A stretch of 64,000 nucleotides of DNA from Auanema rhodensis (taxonomy: Eukaryota > Animalia > Nematoda), in the NCBI GenBank assembly GCA_964057225.1, contig OZ059894.1, forward strand, positions 23,622,001 through 23,686,000. Reading direction: 5' to 3'. Shown here piece after piece: positions 1 to 11,782 of the stretch. Every line of letters begins with the position of its first letter. The first letter of the stretch is position 1. The notes beneath the pieces were generated by a model that worked only from the letters and a program-made list of their open reading frames with translations, did not search any database and had not been told where the DNA came from. The translations under genes were made by a program, and so were the position numbers.

Positions 1-176
1 TTAATTTATGCTAATTAAATGTACACGTGATGTGCACTTGGTATGTAACTCGCTTCACGTGAAAGATAAAGAGATGCGGTTTTCAAAATTAGATTCCCCA
101 TGTCCATATTAGTCGAAAAACAAATTTTTATTGATATTGGTTCATGGTAATTATGACTTTGAAATTTACGTGAACT
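1..176 (+). repeat. First monomer of the array (176 bp; carries T115G and CC151-152TT relative to consensus)
   Basis: Unit boundaries are set arbitrarily at the window start; the next unit begins at 177. By hand count the consensus is 56-57 G+C of 176 bases. Confidence 0.97.
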
Positions 177-2640
177 TTAATTTATGCTAATTAAATGTAC
201 ACGTGATGTGCACTTGGTATGTAACTCGCTTCACGTGAAAGATAAAAAGATGCGGTTTTCAGAATTAGATTCCCCATGTCCATATTAGTCTAAAAACAAA
301 TTTTTATTGATATTGGTTCATGGTAACCATGACTTTGAAATTTACGTGAACTTTAATTTATGCTAATTAAATGTACACGTGATGTGCACTTGGTATGTAA
401 CTCGCTTCACGTGAAAGATAAAGAGATGCGGTTTTCAAAATTAGAATCCCCATGTCCATATTAGTCTAAAAACAAATTTTCATTGATATTAATTCATGGT
501 AACCATGATTTTGAAATTTACGTGAACTTTAATTTATGCTAATTAAATGTACACGTGATGTGCACTTGGTATGTAACTCGCTTCACGTGAAAGATAAAGA
601 GATGCGGTTTTCAAAATTAGATTTCTCATGTCCATATTAGTCTAAAAACAAATTTTTATTGATATTGGTGCATGGTAACCATGACTTTGAAATTTACGTG
701 AACTTTAATTTATGCTAATTAAATGTACACGTGGTGTGCACTTGGTATGTAACTCGCTTCACGTGAAAGACAAAGAGATGCGGTTTTCAAAATTAGATTC
801 CCCATGTCCATATTAGTCTAAAAACAAATTTTTATTGATATTGGTGCATGGTAACCATGACTTTGAAATTTACGTGAACTTTAATTTATGCTAATTAAAT
901 GTACACGTGATGTGCACTTGGTATGTAACTCGCTTCACGTGAAAGATAAAGAGATGCGGTTTTCAAAATTAGAATCCCCATGTCCATATTAGTCTAAAAA
1001 CAAATTTTTATTGATATTGGTGCATGGTAACCATGATTTTGAAATTTACGTGAACTTTAATTTATGCTAATTAAATGTACACGTGATGTGCACTTGGTAT
1101 GTAACTCGCTTCACGTGAAAGATAAAGAGATGCGGTTTTCAAAATTAGAATCCCCATGTCCATATTAGTCTAAAAACAAATTTTTATTGATATTGGTGCA
1201 TGGTAACCATAATTTTGAAATTTACGTGAACTTTAATTTATGCTAATTAAATGTACACGTGATGTGCACTTGGTATGTAACTCGCTTCACGTGAAAGATA
1301 AAGAGATGCGGTTTTCAAAATTAGATTTCTCATGTCCATATTAGTCTAAAAACAAATTTTTATTGATATTGGTGCATGGTAACCATGACTTTGAAATTTA
1401 CGTGAACTTTAATTTATGCTAATTAAATGTACACGTGATGTGCACTTGGTATGTAACTCGCTTCACGTGAAAGATAAAGAGATGCGGTTTTCAAAATTAG
1501 ATTCCCCATGTCCATATTAGTCTAAAAACAAATTTTTATTGATATTGGTGCATGGTAACCATGACTTTGAAATTTACGTGAACTTTAATTTATGCTAATT
1601 AAATGTACACGTGATGTGCACTTGGTATGTAACTCGCTTCACGTGAAAGATAAAGAGATGCGGTTTTCAAAATTAGATTCCCCATGTCCATATTAGTCGA
1701 AAAACAAATTTTTATTGATATTGGTTCATGGTAACCATGACTTTGAAATTTACGTGAACTTTAATTTATGCTAATTAAATGTACACGTGATGTGCACTTG
1801 GTATGTAACTCGCTTCACGTGAAAGATAAAAAGATGCGGTTTTCAGAATTACATTCCCCATGTCCATATTAGTCTAAAAACAAATTTTTATTGATATTGG
1901 TTCATGGTAACCATGACTTTGAAATTTACGTGAACTTTAATTTATGCTAATTAAATGTACACGTGATGTGCACTTGGTATGTAACTCGCTTCACGTGAAA
2001 GATAAAGAGATGCGGTTTTCAAAATTAGAATCCCCATGTCCATATTAGTCTAAAAACAAATTTTCATTGATATTAATTCATGGTAACCATGATTTTGAAA
2101 TTTACGTGAACTTTAATTTATGCTAATTAAATGTACACGTGATGTGCACTTGGTATGTAACTCGCTTCACGTGAAAGATAAAGAGATGCGGTTTTCAAAA
2201 TTAGATTTCTCATGTCCATATTAGTCTAAAAACAAATTTTTATTGATATTGGTGCATGGTAACCATGACTTTGAAATTTACGTGAACTTTAATTTATGCT
2301 AATTAAATGTACACGTGGTGTGCACTTGGTATGTAACTCGCTTCACGTGAAAGACAAAGAGATGCGGTTTTCAAAATTAGATTCCCCATGTCCATATTAG
2401 TCTAAAAACAAATGTTTATTGATATTGGTGCATGGTAACCATGACTTTGAAATTTACGTGAACTTTAATTTATGCTAATTAAATGTACACGTGATGTGCA
2501 CTTGGTATGTAACTCGCTTCACGTGAAAGATAAAGAGATGCGGTTTTCAAAATTAGAATCCCCATGTCCATATTAGTCTAAAAACAAATTTTTATTGATA
2601 TTGGTGCATGGTAACCATGATTTTGAAATTTACGTGAACT
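1..2640 (+). repeat. Higher-order duplication: 6-monomer variant cassette at 1-1056 repeated at 1585-2640 (offset 9 monomers, 1584 bp)
   Basis: Both copies show the same ordered variants: T115G; G71A+A86G; T94A+T129C+GG139-140AA+C157T; TTTCTC; A30G+T67C; T94A+C157T. Confidence 0.88.
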
Positions 2641-5600
2641 TTAATTTATGCTAATTAAATGTACACGTGATGTGCACTTGGTATGTAACTCGCTTCACGT
2701 GAAAGATAAAGAGATGCGGTTTTCAAAATTAGATTTCTCATGTCCATATTAGTCTAAAAACAAATTTTTATTGATATTGGTGCATGGTAACCATGACTTT
2801 GAAATTTACGTGAACTTTAATTTATGCTAATTAAATGTACACGTGATGTGCACTTGGTATGTAACTCGCTTCACGTGAAAGATAAAGAGATGCGGTTTTC
2901 AAAATTAGAATCCCCATGTCCATATTAGTCTAAAAACAAATTTTCATTGATATTAATTCATGGTAACCATGATTTTGAAATTTACGTGAACTTTAATTTA
3001 TGCTAATTAAATGTACACGTGATGTGCACTTGGTATGTAACTCGCTTCACGTGAAAGATAAAGAGATGCGGTTTTCAAAATTAGAATCCCCATGTCCATA
3101 TTAGTCTAAAAACAAATTTTCATTGATATTAATTCATGGTAACCATGATTTTGAAATTTACGTGAACTTTAATTTATGCTAATTAAATGTACACGTGATG
3201 TGCACTTGGTATGTAACTCGCTTCACGTGAAAGATAAAGAGATGCGGTTTTCAAAATTAGATTTCTCATGTCCATATTAGTCTAAAAACAAATTTTTATT
3301 GATATTGGTGCATGGTAACCATGACTTTGAAATTTACGTGAACTTTAATTTATGCTAATTAAATGTACACGTGGTGTGCACTTGGTATGTAACTCGCTTC
3401 ACGTGAAAGACAAAGAGATGCGGTTTTCAAAATTAGATTCCCCATGTCCATATTAGTCTAAAAACAAATTTTTATTGATATTGGTGCATGGTAACCATGA
3501 CTTTGAAATTTACGTGAACTTTAATTTATGCTAATTAAATGTACACGTGATGTGCACTTGGTATGTAACTCGCTTCACGTGAAAGATAAAGAGATGCGGT
3601 TTTCAAAATTAGAATCCCCATGTCCATATTAGTCTAAAAACAAATTTTTATTGATATTGGTGCATGGTAACCATGATTTTGAAATTTACGTGAACTTTAA
3701 TTTTTGCTAATTAAATGTACACGTGATGTGCACTTGGTATGTAACTCGCTTCACGTGAAAGATAAAGAGATGCGGTTTTCAAAATTAGATTTCTCATGTC
3801 CATATTAGTCTAAAAACAAATTTTTATTGATATTGGTGCATGGTAACCATGACTTTGAAATTTACGTGAACTTTAATTTATGCTAATTAAATGTACACGT
3901 GATGTGCACTTGGTATGTAACTCGCTTCACGTGAAAGATAAAGAGATGCGGTTTTCAAAATTAGATTCCCCATGTCCATATTAGTCTAAAAACAAATTTT
4001 TATTGATATTGGTGCATGGTAACCATGACTTTGAAATTTACGTGAACTTTAATTTATGCTAATTAAATGTACACGTGATGTGCACTTGGTATGTAACTCG
4101 CTTCACGTGAAAGATAAAGAGATGCGGTTTTCAAAATTAGATTCCCCATGTCCATATTAGTCTAAAAACAAATTTTTATTGATATTGGTGCATGGTAACC
4201 ATGACTTTGAAATTTACGTGAACTTTAATTTATGCTAATTAAATGTACACGTGATGTGCACTTGGTATGTAACTCGCTTCACGTGAAAGATAAAGAGATG
4301 CGGTTTTCAAAATTAGATTCCCCATGTCCATATTAGTCTAAAAACAAATTTTTATTGATATTGGTGCATGGTAACCATGACTTTGAAATTTACGTGAACT
4401 TTAATTTATGCTAATTAAATGTACACGTGATGTGCACTTGGTATGTAACTCGCTTCACGTGAAAGATAAAGAGATGCGGTTTTCAAAATTAGATTCCCCA
4501 TGTCCATATTAGTCTAAAAACAAATTTTTATTGATATTGGTGCATGGTAACCATGACTTTGAAATTTACGTGAACTTTAATTTATGCTAATTAAATGTAC
4601 ACGTGATGTGCACTTGGTATGTAACTCGCTTCACGTGAAAGATAAAGAGATGCGGTTTTCAAAATTAGAATCCCCATGTCCATATTAGTCTGAAAACAAA
4701 TTTTTATTGATATTGGTGCATGGTAACCATGATTTTGAAATTTACGTGAACTTTAATTTATGCTAATTAAATGTACACGTGATGTGCACTTGGTATGTAA
4801 CTCGCTTCACGTGAAAGATAAAGAGATGCGGTTTTCAAAATTAGATTTCTCATGTCCATATTAGTCTAAAAACAAATTTTTATTGATATTGGTGCATGGT
4901 AACCATGACTTTGAAATTTACGTGAACTTTAATTTATGCTAATTAAATGTACACGTGATGTGCACTTGGTATGTAACTCGCTTCACGTGAAAGATAAAGA
5001 GATGCGGTTTTCAAAATTAGATTCCCCATGTCCATATTAGTCTAAAAACAAATTTTTATTGATATTGGTGCATGGTAACCATGACTTTGAAATTTACGTG
5101 AACTTTAATTTATGCTAATTAAATGTACACGTGATGTGCACTTGGTATGTAACTCGCTTCACGTGAAAGATAAAGAGATGCGGTTTTCAAAATTAGATTC
5201 CCCATGTCCATATTAGTCTAAAAACAAATTTTTATTGATATTGGTGCATGGTAACCATGACTTTGAAATTTACGTGAACTTTAATTTATGCTAATTAAAT
5301 GTACACGTGATGTGCACTTGGTATGTAACTCGCTTCACGTGAAAGATAAAGAGATGCGGTTTTCAAAATTAGATTCCCCATGTCCATATTAGTCTAAAAA
5401 CAAATTTTTATTGATATTGGTGCATGGTAACCATGACTTTGAAATTTACGTGAACTTTAATTTATGCTAATTAAATGTACACGTGATGTGCACTTGGTAT
5501 GTAACTCGCTTCACGTGAAAGATAAAGAGATGCGGTTTTCAAAATTAGATTCCCCATGTCCATATTAGTCTAAAAACAAATTTTTATTGATATTGGTGCA

Positions 5601-5808
5601 TGGTAACCATGACTTTGAAATTTACGTGAACTTTAATTTATGCTAATTAAATGTACACGTGATGTGCACTTGGTATGTAACTCGCTTCACGTGAAAGATA
5701 AAGAGATGCGGTTTTCAAAATTAGATTCCCCATGTCCATATTAGTCTAAAAACAAATTTTTATTGATATTGGTGCATGGTAACCATGACTTTGAAATTTA
5801 CGTGAACT

Positions 5809-8800
5809 TTAATTTATGCTAATTAAATGTACACGTGATGTGCACTTGGTATGTGACTCGCTTCACGTGAAAGATAAAGAGATGAGGTTTTCAAAATTAG
5901 ATTCCCCATGTCCATATTAGTCTAAAAACAAATTTTTATTGATATTGGTGCATGGTAACCATGACTTTGAAATTTACGTGAACTTTAATTTATGCTAATT
6001 AAATGTACACGTGATGTGCACTTGGTATGTAACTCGCTTCACGTGAAAGATAAAGAGATGCTGTTTTCAAAATTAGATTCCCCATGTCCATATTAGTCTA
6101 AAAACAAATTTTTATTGATATTGGTGCATGGTAACCATGACTTTGAAATTTACGTGAACTTTAATTTATGCTAATTAAATGTACACGTGATGTGCACTTG
6201 GTATGTAACTCGCTTCACGTAAAAGATAAAGAGATGCGGTTTTCAAAATTAGATTCCCCATGTCCATATTAGTCTAAAAACAAATTTTTATTGATATTAA
6301 TTCATGGTAACCATGATTTTGAAATTTACGTGAACTTTAATTTATGCTAATTAAATGTACACGTGATGTGCACTTGGTATGTAACTCGCTTCACGTAAAA
6401 GATAAAGAGATGCGGTTTTCAAAATTAGATTCCCCATGTCCATATTAGTCTAAAAACAAATTTTTATTGATATTGGTTCATGGTAACCATGACTTTGAAA
6501 TTTACGTGAACTTTAATTTATGCTAATTAAATGTACACGTGATGTGCACTTGGTATGTAACTCGCTTCACGTGAAAGATAAAGAGATGCGGTTTTCAAAA
6601 TTAGAATCCCCATGTCCATATTAGTCTAAAAACAAATTTTTATTGATATTAATTCATGGTAACCATGATTTTGAAATTTACGTGAACTTTAATTTATGCT
6701 AATTAAATGTACACGTGATGTGCACTTGGTATGTAACTCGCTTCACGTGAAAGATAAAGAGATGCGGTTTTCAAAATTAGATTTCTCATGTCCATATTAG
6801 TCTAAAAACAAATTTTTATTGATATTGGTGCATGGTAACCATGACTTTGAAATTTACGTGAACTTTAATTTATGCTAATTAAATGTACACGTGATGTGCA
6901 CTTGGTATGTAACTCGCTTCACGTGAAAGATAAAGAGATGCGGTTTTCAAAATTAGATTCCCCATGTCCATATTAGTCTAAAAACAAATTTTTATTGATA
7001 TTGGTGCATGGTAACCATGACTTTGAAATTTACGTGAACTTTAATTTATGCTAATTAAATGTACACGTGATGTGCACTTGGTATGTGACTCGCTTCACGT
7101 GAAAGATAAAGAGATGAGGTTTTCAAAATTAGATTCCCCATGTCCATATTAGTCTAAAAACAAATTTTTATTGATATTGGTGCATGGTAACCATGACTTT
7201 GAAATTTACGTGAACTTTAATTTATGCTAATTAAATGTACACGTGATGTGCACTTGGTATGTAACTCGCTTCACGTGAAAGATAAAGAGATGCTGTTTTC
7301 AAAATTAGATTCCCCATGTCCATATTAGTCTAAAAACAAATTTTTATTGATATTGGTGCATGGTAACCATGACTTTGAAATTTACGTGAACTTTAATTTA
7401 TGCTAATTAAATGTACACGTGATGTGCACTTGGTATGTAACTCGCTTCACGTAAAAGATAAAGAGATGCGGTTTTCAAAATTAGATTCCCCATGTCCATA
7501 TTAGTCTAAAAACAAATTTTTATTGATATTAATTCATGGTAACCATGATTTTGAAATTTACGTGAACTTTAATTTATGCTAATTAAATGTACACGTGATG
7601 TGCACTTGGTATGTAACTCGCTTCACGTAAAAGATAAAGAGATGCGGTTTTCAAAATTAGATTCCCCATGTCCATATTAGTCTAAAAACAAATTTTTATT
7701 GATATTGGTTCATGGTAACCATGACTTTGAAATTTACGTGAACTTTAATTTATGCTAATTAAATGTACACGTGATGTGCACTTGGTATGTAACTCGCTTC
7801 ACGTGAAAGATAAAGAGATGCGGTTTTCAAAATTAGAATCCCCATGTCCATATTAGTCTAAAAACAAATTTTTATTGATATTAATTCATGGTAACCATGA
7901 TTTTGAAATTTACGTGAACTTTAATTTATGCTAATTAAATGTACACGTGATGTGCACTTGGTATGTAACTCGCTTCACGTGAAAGATAAAGAGATGCGGT
8001 TTTCAAAATTAGATTTCTCATGTCCATATTAGTCTAAAAACAAATTTTTATTGATATTGGTGCATGGTAACCATGACTTTGAAATTTACGTGAACTTTAA
8101 TTTATGCTAATTAAATGTACACGTGCACTTGGTATGTAACTCGCTTCACGTGAAAGATAAAGAGATGCGGTTTTCAAAATTAGAATCCCCATGTCCATAT
8201 TAGTCTAAAAACAAATTTTTATTGATATTGGTGCATGGTAACCATGACTTTGAAATTTACGTGAACTTTAATTTATGCTAATTAAATGTACACGTGATGT
8301 GCACTTGGTATGTAACTCGCTTCACGTGAAAGATAAAGAGATGCGGTTTTCAAAATTAGATTCCCCATGTCCATATTAGTCTAAAAACAAATTTTTATTG
8401 ATATTGGTGCATGGTAACCATGACTTTGAAATTTACGTGAACTTTAATTTATGCTAATTAAATGTACACGTGATGTGCACTTGGTATGTAACTCGCTTCA
8501 CGTGAAAGATAAAGAGATGCGGTTTTCAAAATTAGATTTCTCATGTCCATATTAGTCTAAAAACAAATTTTTATTGATATTGGTGCATGGTAACCATGAC
8601 TTTGAAATTTACGTGAACTTTAATTTATGCTAATTAAATGTACACGTGATGTGCACTTGGTATGTAACTCGCTTCACGTGAAAGATAAAGAGATGCGGTT
8701 TTCAAAATTAGATTCCCCATGTCCATATTAGTCTAAAAACAAATTTTTATTGATATTGGTGCATGGTAACCATGACTTTGAAATTTACGTGAACTTTAAT

Positions 8801-11782
8801 TTATGCTAATTAAATGTACACGTGATGTGCACTTGGTATGTGACTCGCTTCACGTGAAAGATAAAGAGATGAGGTTTTCAAAATTAGATTCCCCATGTCC
8901 ATATTAGTCTAAAAACAAATTTTTATTGATATTGGTGCATGGTAACCATGACTTTGAAATTTACGTGAACTTTAATTTATGCTAATTAAATGTACACGTG
9001 ATGTGCACTTGGTATGTAACTCGCTTCACGTGAAAGATAAAGAGATGCTGTTTTCAAAATTAGATTCCCCATGTCCATATTAGTCTAAAAACAAATTTTT
9101 ATTGATATTGGTGCATGGTAACCATGACTTTGAAATTTACGTGAACTTTAATTTATGCTAATTAAATGTACACGTGATGTGCACTTGGTATGTAACTCGC
9201 TTCACGTAAAAGATAAAGAGATGCGGTTTTCAAAATTAGATTCCCCATGTCCATATTAGTCTAAAAACAAATTTTTATTGATATTAATTCATGGTAACCA
9301 TGATTTTGAAATTTACGTGAACTTTAATTTATGCTAATTAAATGTACACGTGATGTGCACTTGGTATGTAACTCGCTTCACGTAAAAGATAAAGAGATGC
9401 GGTTTTCAAAATTAGATTCCCCATGTCCATATTAGTCTAAAAACAAATTTTTATTGATATTGGTTCATGGTAACCATGACTTTGAAATTTACGTGAACTT
9501 TAATTTATGCTAATTAAATGTACACGTGATGTGCACTTGGTATGTAACTCGCTTCACGTGAAAGATAAAGAGATGCGGTTTTCAAAATTAGAATCCCCAT
9601 GTCCATATTAGTCTAAAAACAAATTTTTATTGATATTAATTCATGGTAACCATGATTTTGAAATTTACGTGAACTTTAATTTATGCTAATTAAATGTACA
9701 CGTGATGTGCACTTGGTATGTAACTCGCTTCACGTGAAAGATAAAGAGATGCGGTTTTCAAAATTAGATTTCTCATGTCCATATTAGTCTAAAAACAAAT
9801 TTTTATTGATATTGGTGCATGGTAACCATGACTTTGAAATTTACGTGAACTTTAATTTATGCTAATTAAATGTACACGTGCACTTGGTATGTAACTCGCT
9901 TCACGTGAAAGATAAAGAGATGCGGTTTTCAAAATTAGAATCCCCATGTCCATATTAGTCTAAAAACAAATTTTTATTGATATTGGTGCATGGTAACCAT
10001 GACTTTGAAATTTACGTGAACTTTAATTTATGCTAATTAAATGTACACGTGATGTGCACTTGGTATGTAACTCGCTTCACGTGAAAGATAAAGAGATGCG
10101 GTTTTCAAAATTAGATTCCCCATGTCCATATTAGTCTAAAAACAAATTTTTATTGATATTGGTGCATGGTAACCATGACTTTGAAATTTACGTGAACTTT
10201 AATTTATGCTAATTAAATGTACACGTGATGTGCACTTGGTATGTAACTCGCTTCACGTGAAAGATAAAGAGATGCGGTTTTCAAAATTAGATTCCCCATG
10301 TCCATATTAGTCTAAAAACAAATTTTTATTGATATTGGTGCATGGTAACCATGACTTTGAAATTTACGTGAACTTTAATTTATGCTAATTAAATGTACAC
10401 GTGATGTGCACTTGGTATGTAACTCGCTTCACGTGAAAGATAAAGAGATGCGGTTTTCAAAATTAGATTTCTCATGTCCATATTAGTCTAAAAACAAATT
10501 TTTATTGATATTGGTGCATGGTAACCATGACTTTGAAATTTACGTGAACTTTAATTTATGCTAATTAAATGTACACGTGATGTGCACTTGGTATGTAACT
10601 CGCTTCACGTGAAAGATAAAGAGATGCGGTTTTCAAAATTAGATTCCCCATGTCCATATTAGTCTAAAAACAAATTTTTATTGATATTGGTGCATGGTAA
10701 CCATGACTTTGAAATTTACGTGAACTTTAATTTATGCTAATTAAATGTACACGTGATGTGCACTTGGTATGTGACTCGCTTCACGTGAAAGATAAAGAGA
10801 TGAGGTTTTCAAAATTAGATTCCCCATGTCCATATTAGTCTAAAAACAAATTTTTATTGATATTGGTGCATGGTAACCATGACTTTGAAATTTACGTGAA
10901 CTTTAATTTATGCTAATTAAATGTACACGTGATGTGCACTTGGTATGTAACTCGCTTCACGTGAAAGATAAAGAGATGCTGTTTTCAAAATTAGATTCCC
11001 CATGTCCATATTAGTCTAAAAACAAATTTTTATTGATATTGGTGCATGGTAACCATGACTTTGAAATTTACGTGAACTTTAATTTATGCTAATTAAATGT
11101 ACACGTGATGTGCACTTGGTATGTAACTCGCTTCACGTAAAAGATAAAGAGATGCGGTTTTCAAAATTAGATTCCCCATGTCCATATTAGTCTAAAAACA
11201 AATTTTTATTGATATTAATTCATGGTAACCATGATTTTGAAATTTACGTGAACTTTAATTTATGCTAATTAAATGTACACGTGATGTGCACTTGGTATGT
11301 AACTCGCTTCACGTAAAAGATAAAGAGATGCGGTTTTCAAAATTAGATTCCCCATGTCCATATTAGTCTAAAAACAAATTTTTATTGATATTGGTTCATG
11401 GTAACCATGACTTTGAAATTTACGTGAACTTTAATTTATGCTAATTAAATGTACACGTGATGTGCACTTGGTATGTAACTCGCTTCACGTGAAAGATAAA
11501 GAGATGCGGTTTTCAAAATTAGAATCCCCATGTCCATATTAGTCTAAAAACAAATTTTTATTGATATTAATTCATGGTAACCATGATTTTGAAATTTACG
11601 TGAACTTTAATTTATGCTAATTAAATGTACACGTGATGTGCACTTGGTATGTAACTCGCTTCACGTGAAAGATAAAGAGATGCGGTTTTCAAAATTAGAT
11701 TTCTCATGTCCATATTAGTCTAAAAACAAATTTTTATTGATATTGGTGCATGGTAACCATGACTTTGAAATTTACGTGAACT
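5809..11782 (+). repeat. Higher-order repeat: 6-monomer cassette in four copies starting 5809, 7041, 8796, 10727 (spacings of 7, 10, 11 monomers)
   Basis: The ordered variants A47G+C77A; G78T; G61A+AATTC; G61A; T94A+AATTC; TTTCTC recur at offsets 1232, 1755 and 1931 bp. Confidence 0.92.

Noticed and set aside
48-80. CENP-B box-like motif near CTCGCTTCACG...GCGG
   Set aside because: It does not match the NTTCGNNNNANNCGGGN consensus on either strand; the monomer has no CGGG or CCCG.
81-164. Long-range pairing TTTCAAA (81-87) with TTTGAAA (158-164) as MITE-like terminal inverted repeats
   Set aside because: The match is only 7 bp (9 bp with C157T) of AT-rich sequence with no target-site duplication, which is expected by chance.
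1-176. Tandem RNA gene unit (5S rRNA, tRNA, snRNA or spliced leader)
   Set aside because: I see no recognisable 5S or tRNA sequence, Pol III A/B/C boxes or cloverleaf. An Rfam/Infernal search would be decisive.
1-176. 10-bp phased A-tract curvature signal
   Set aside because: A/T tracts are present, but I could not establish a consistent ~10-bp phasing by eye; this needs a periodicity computation.
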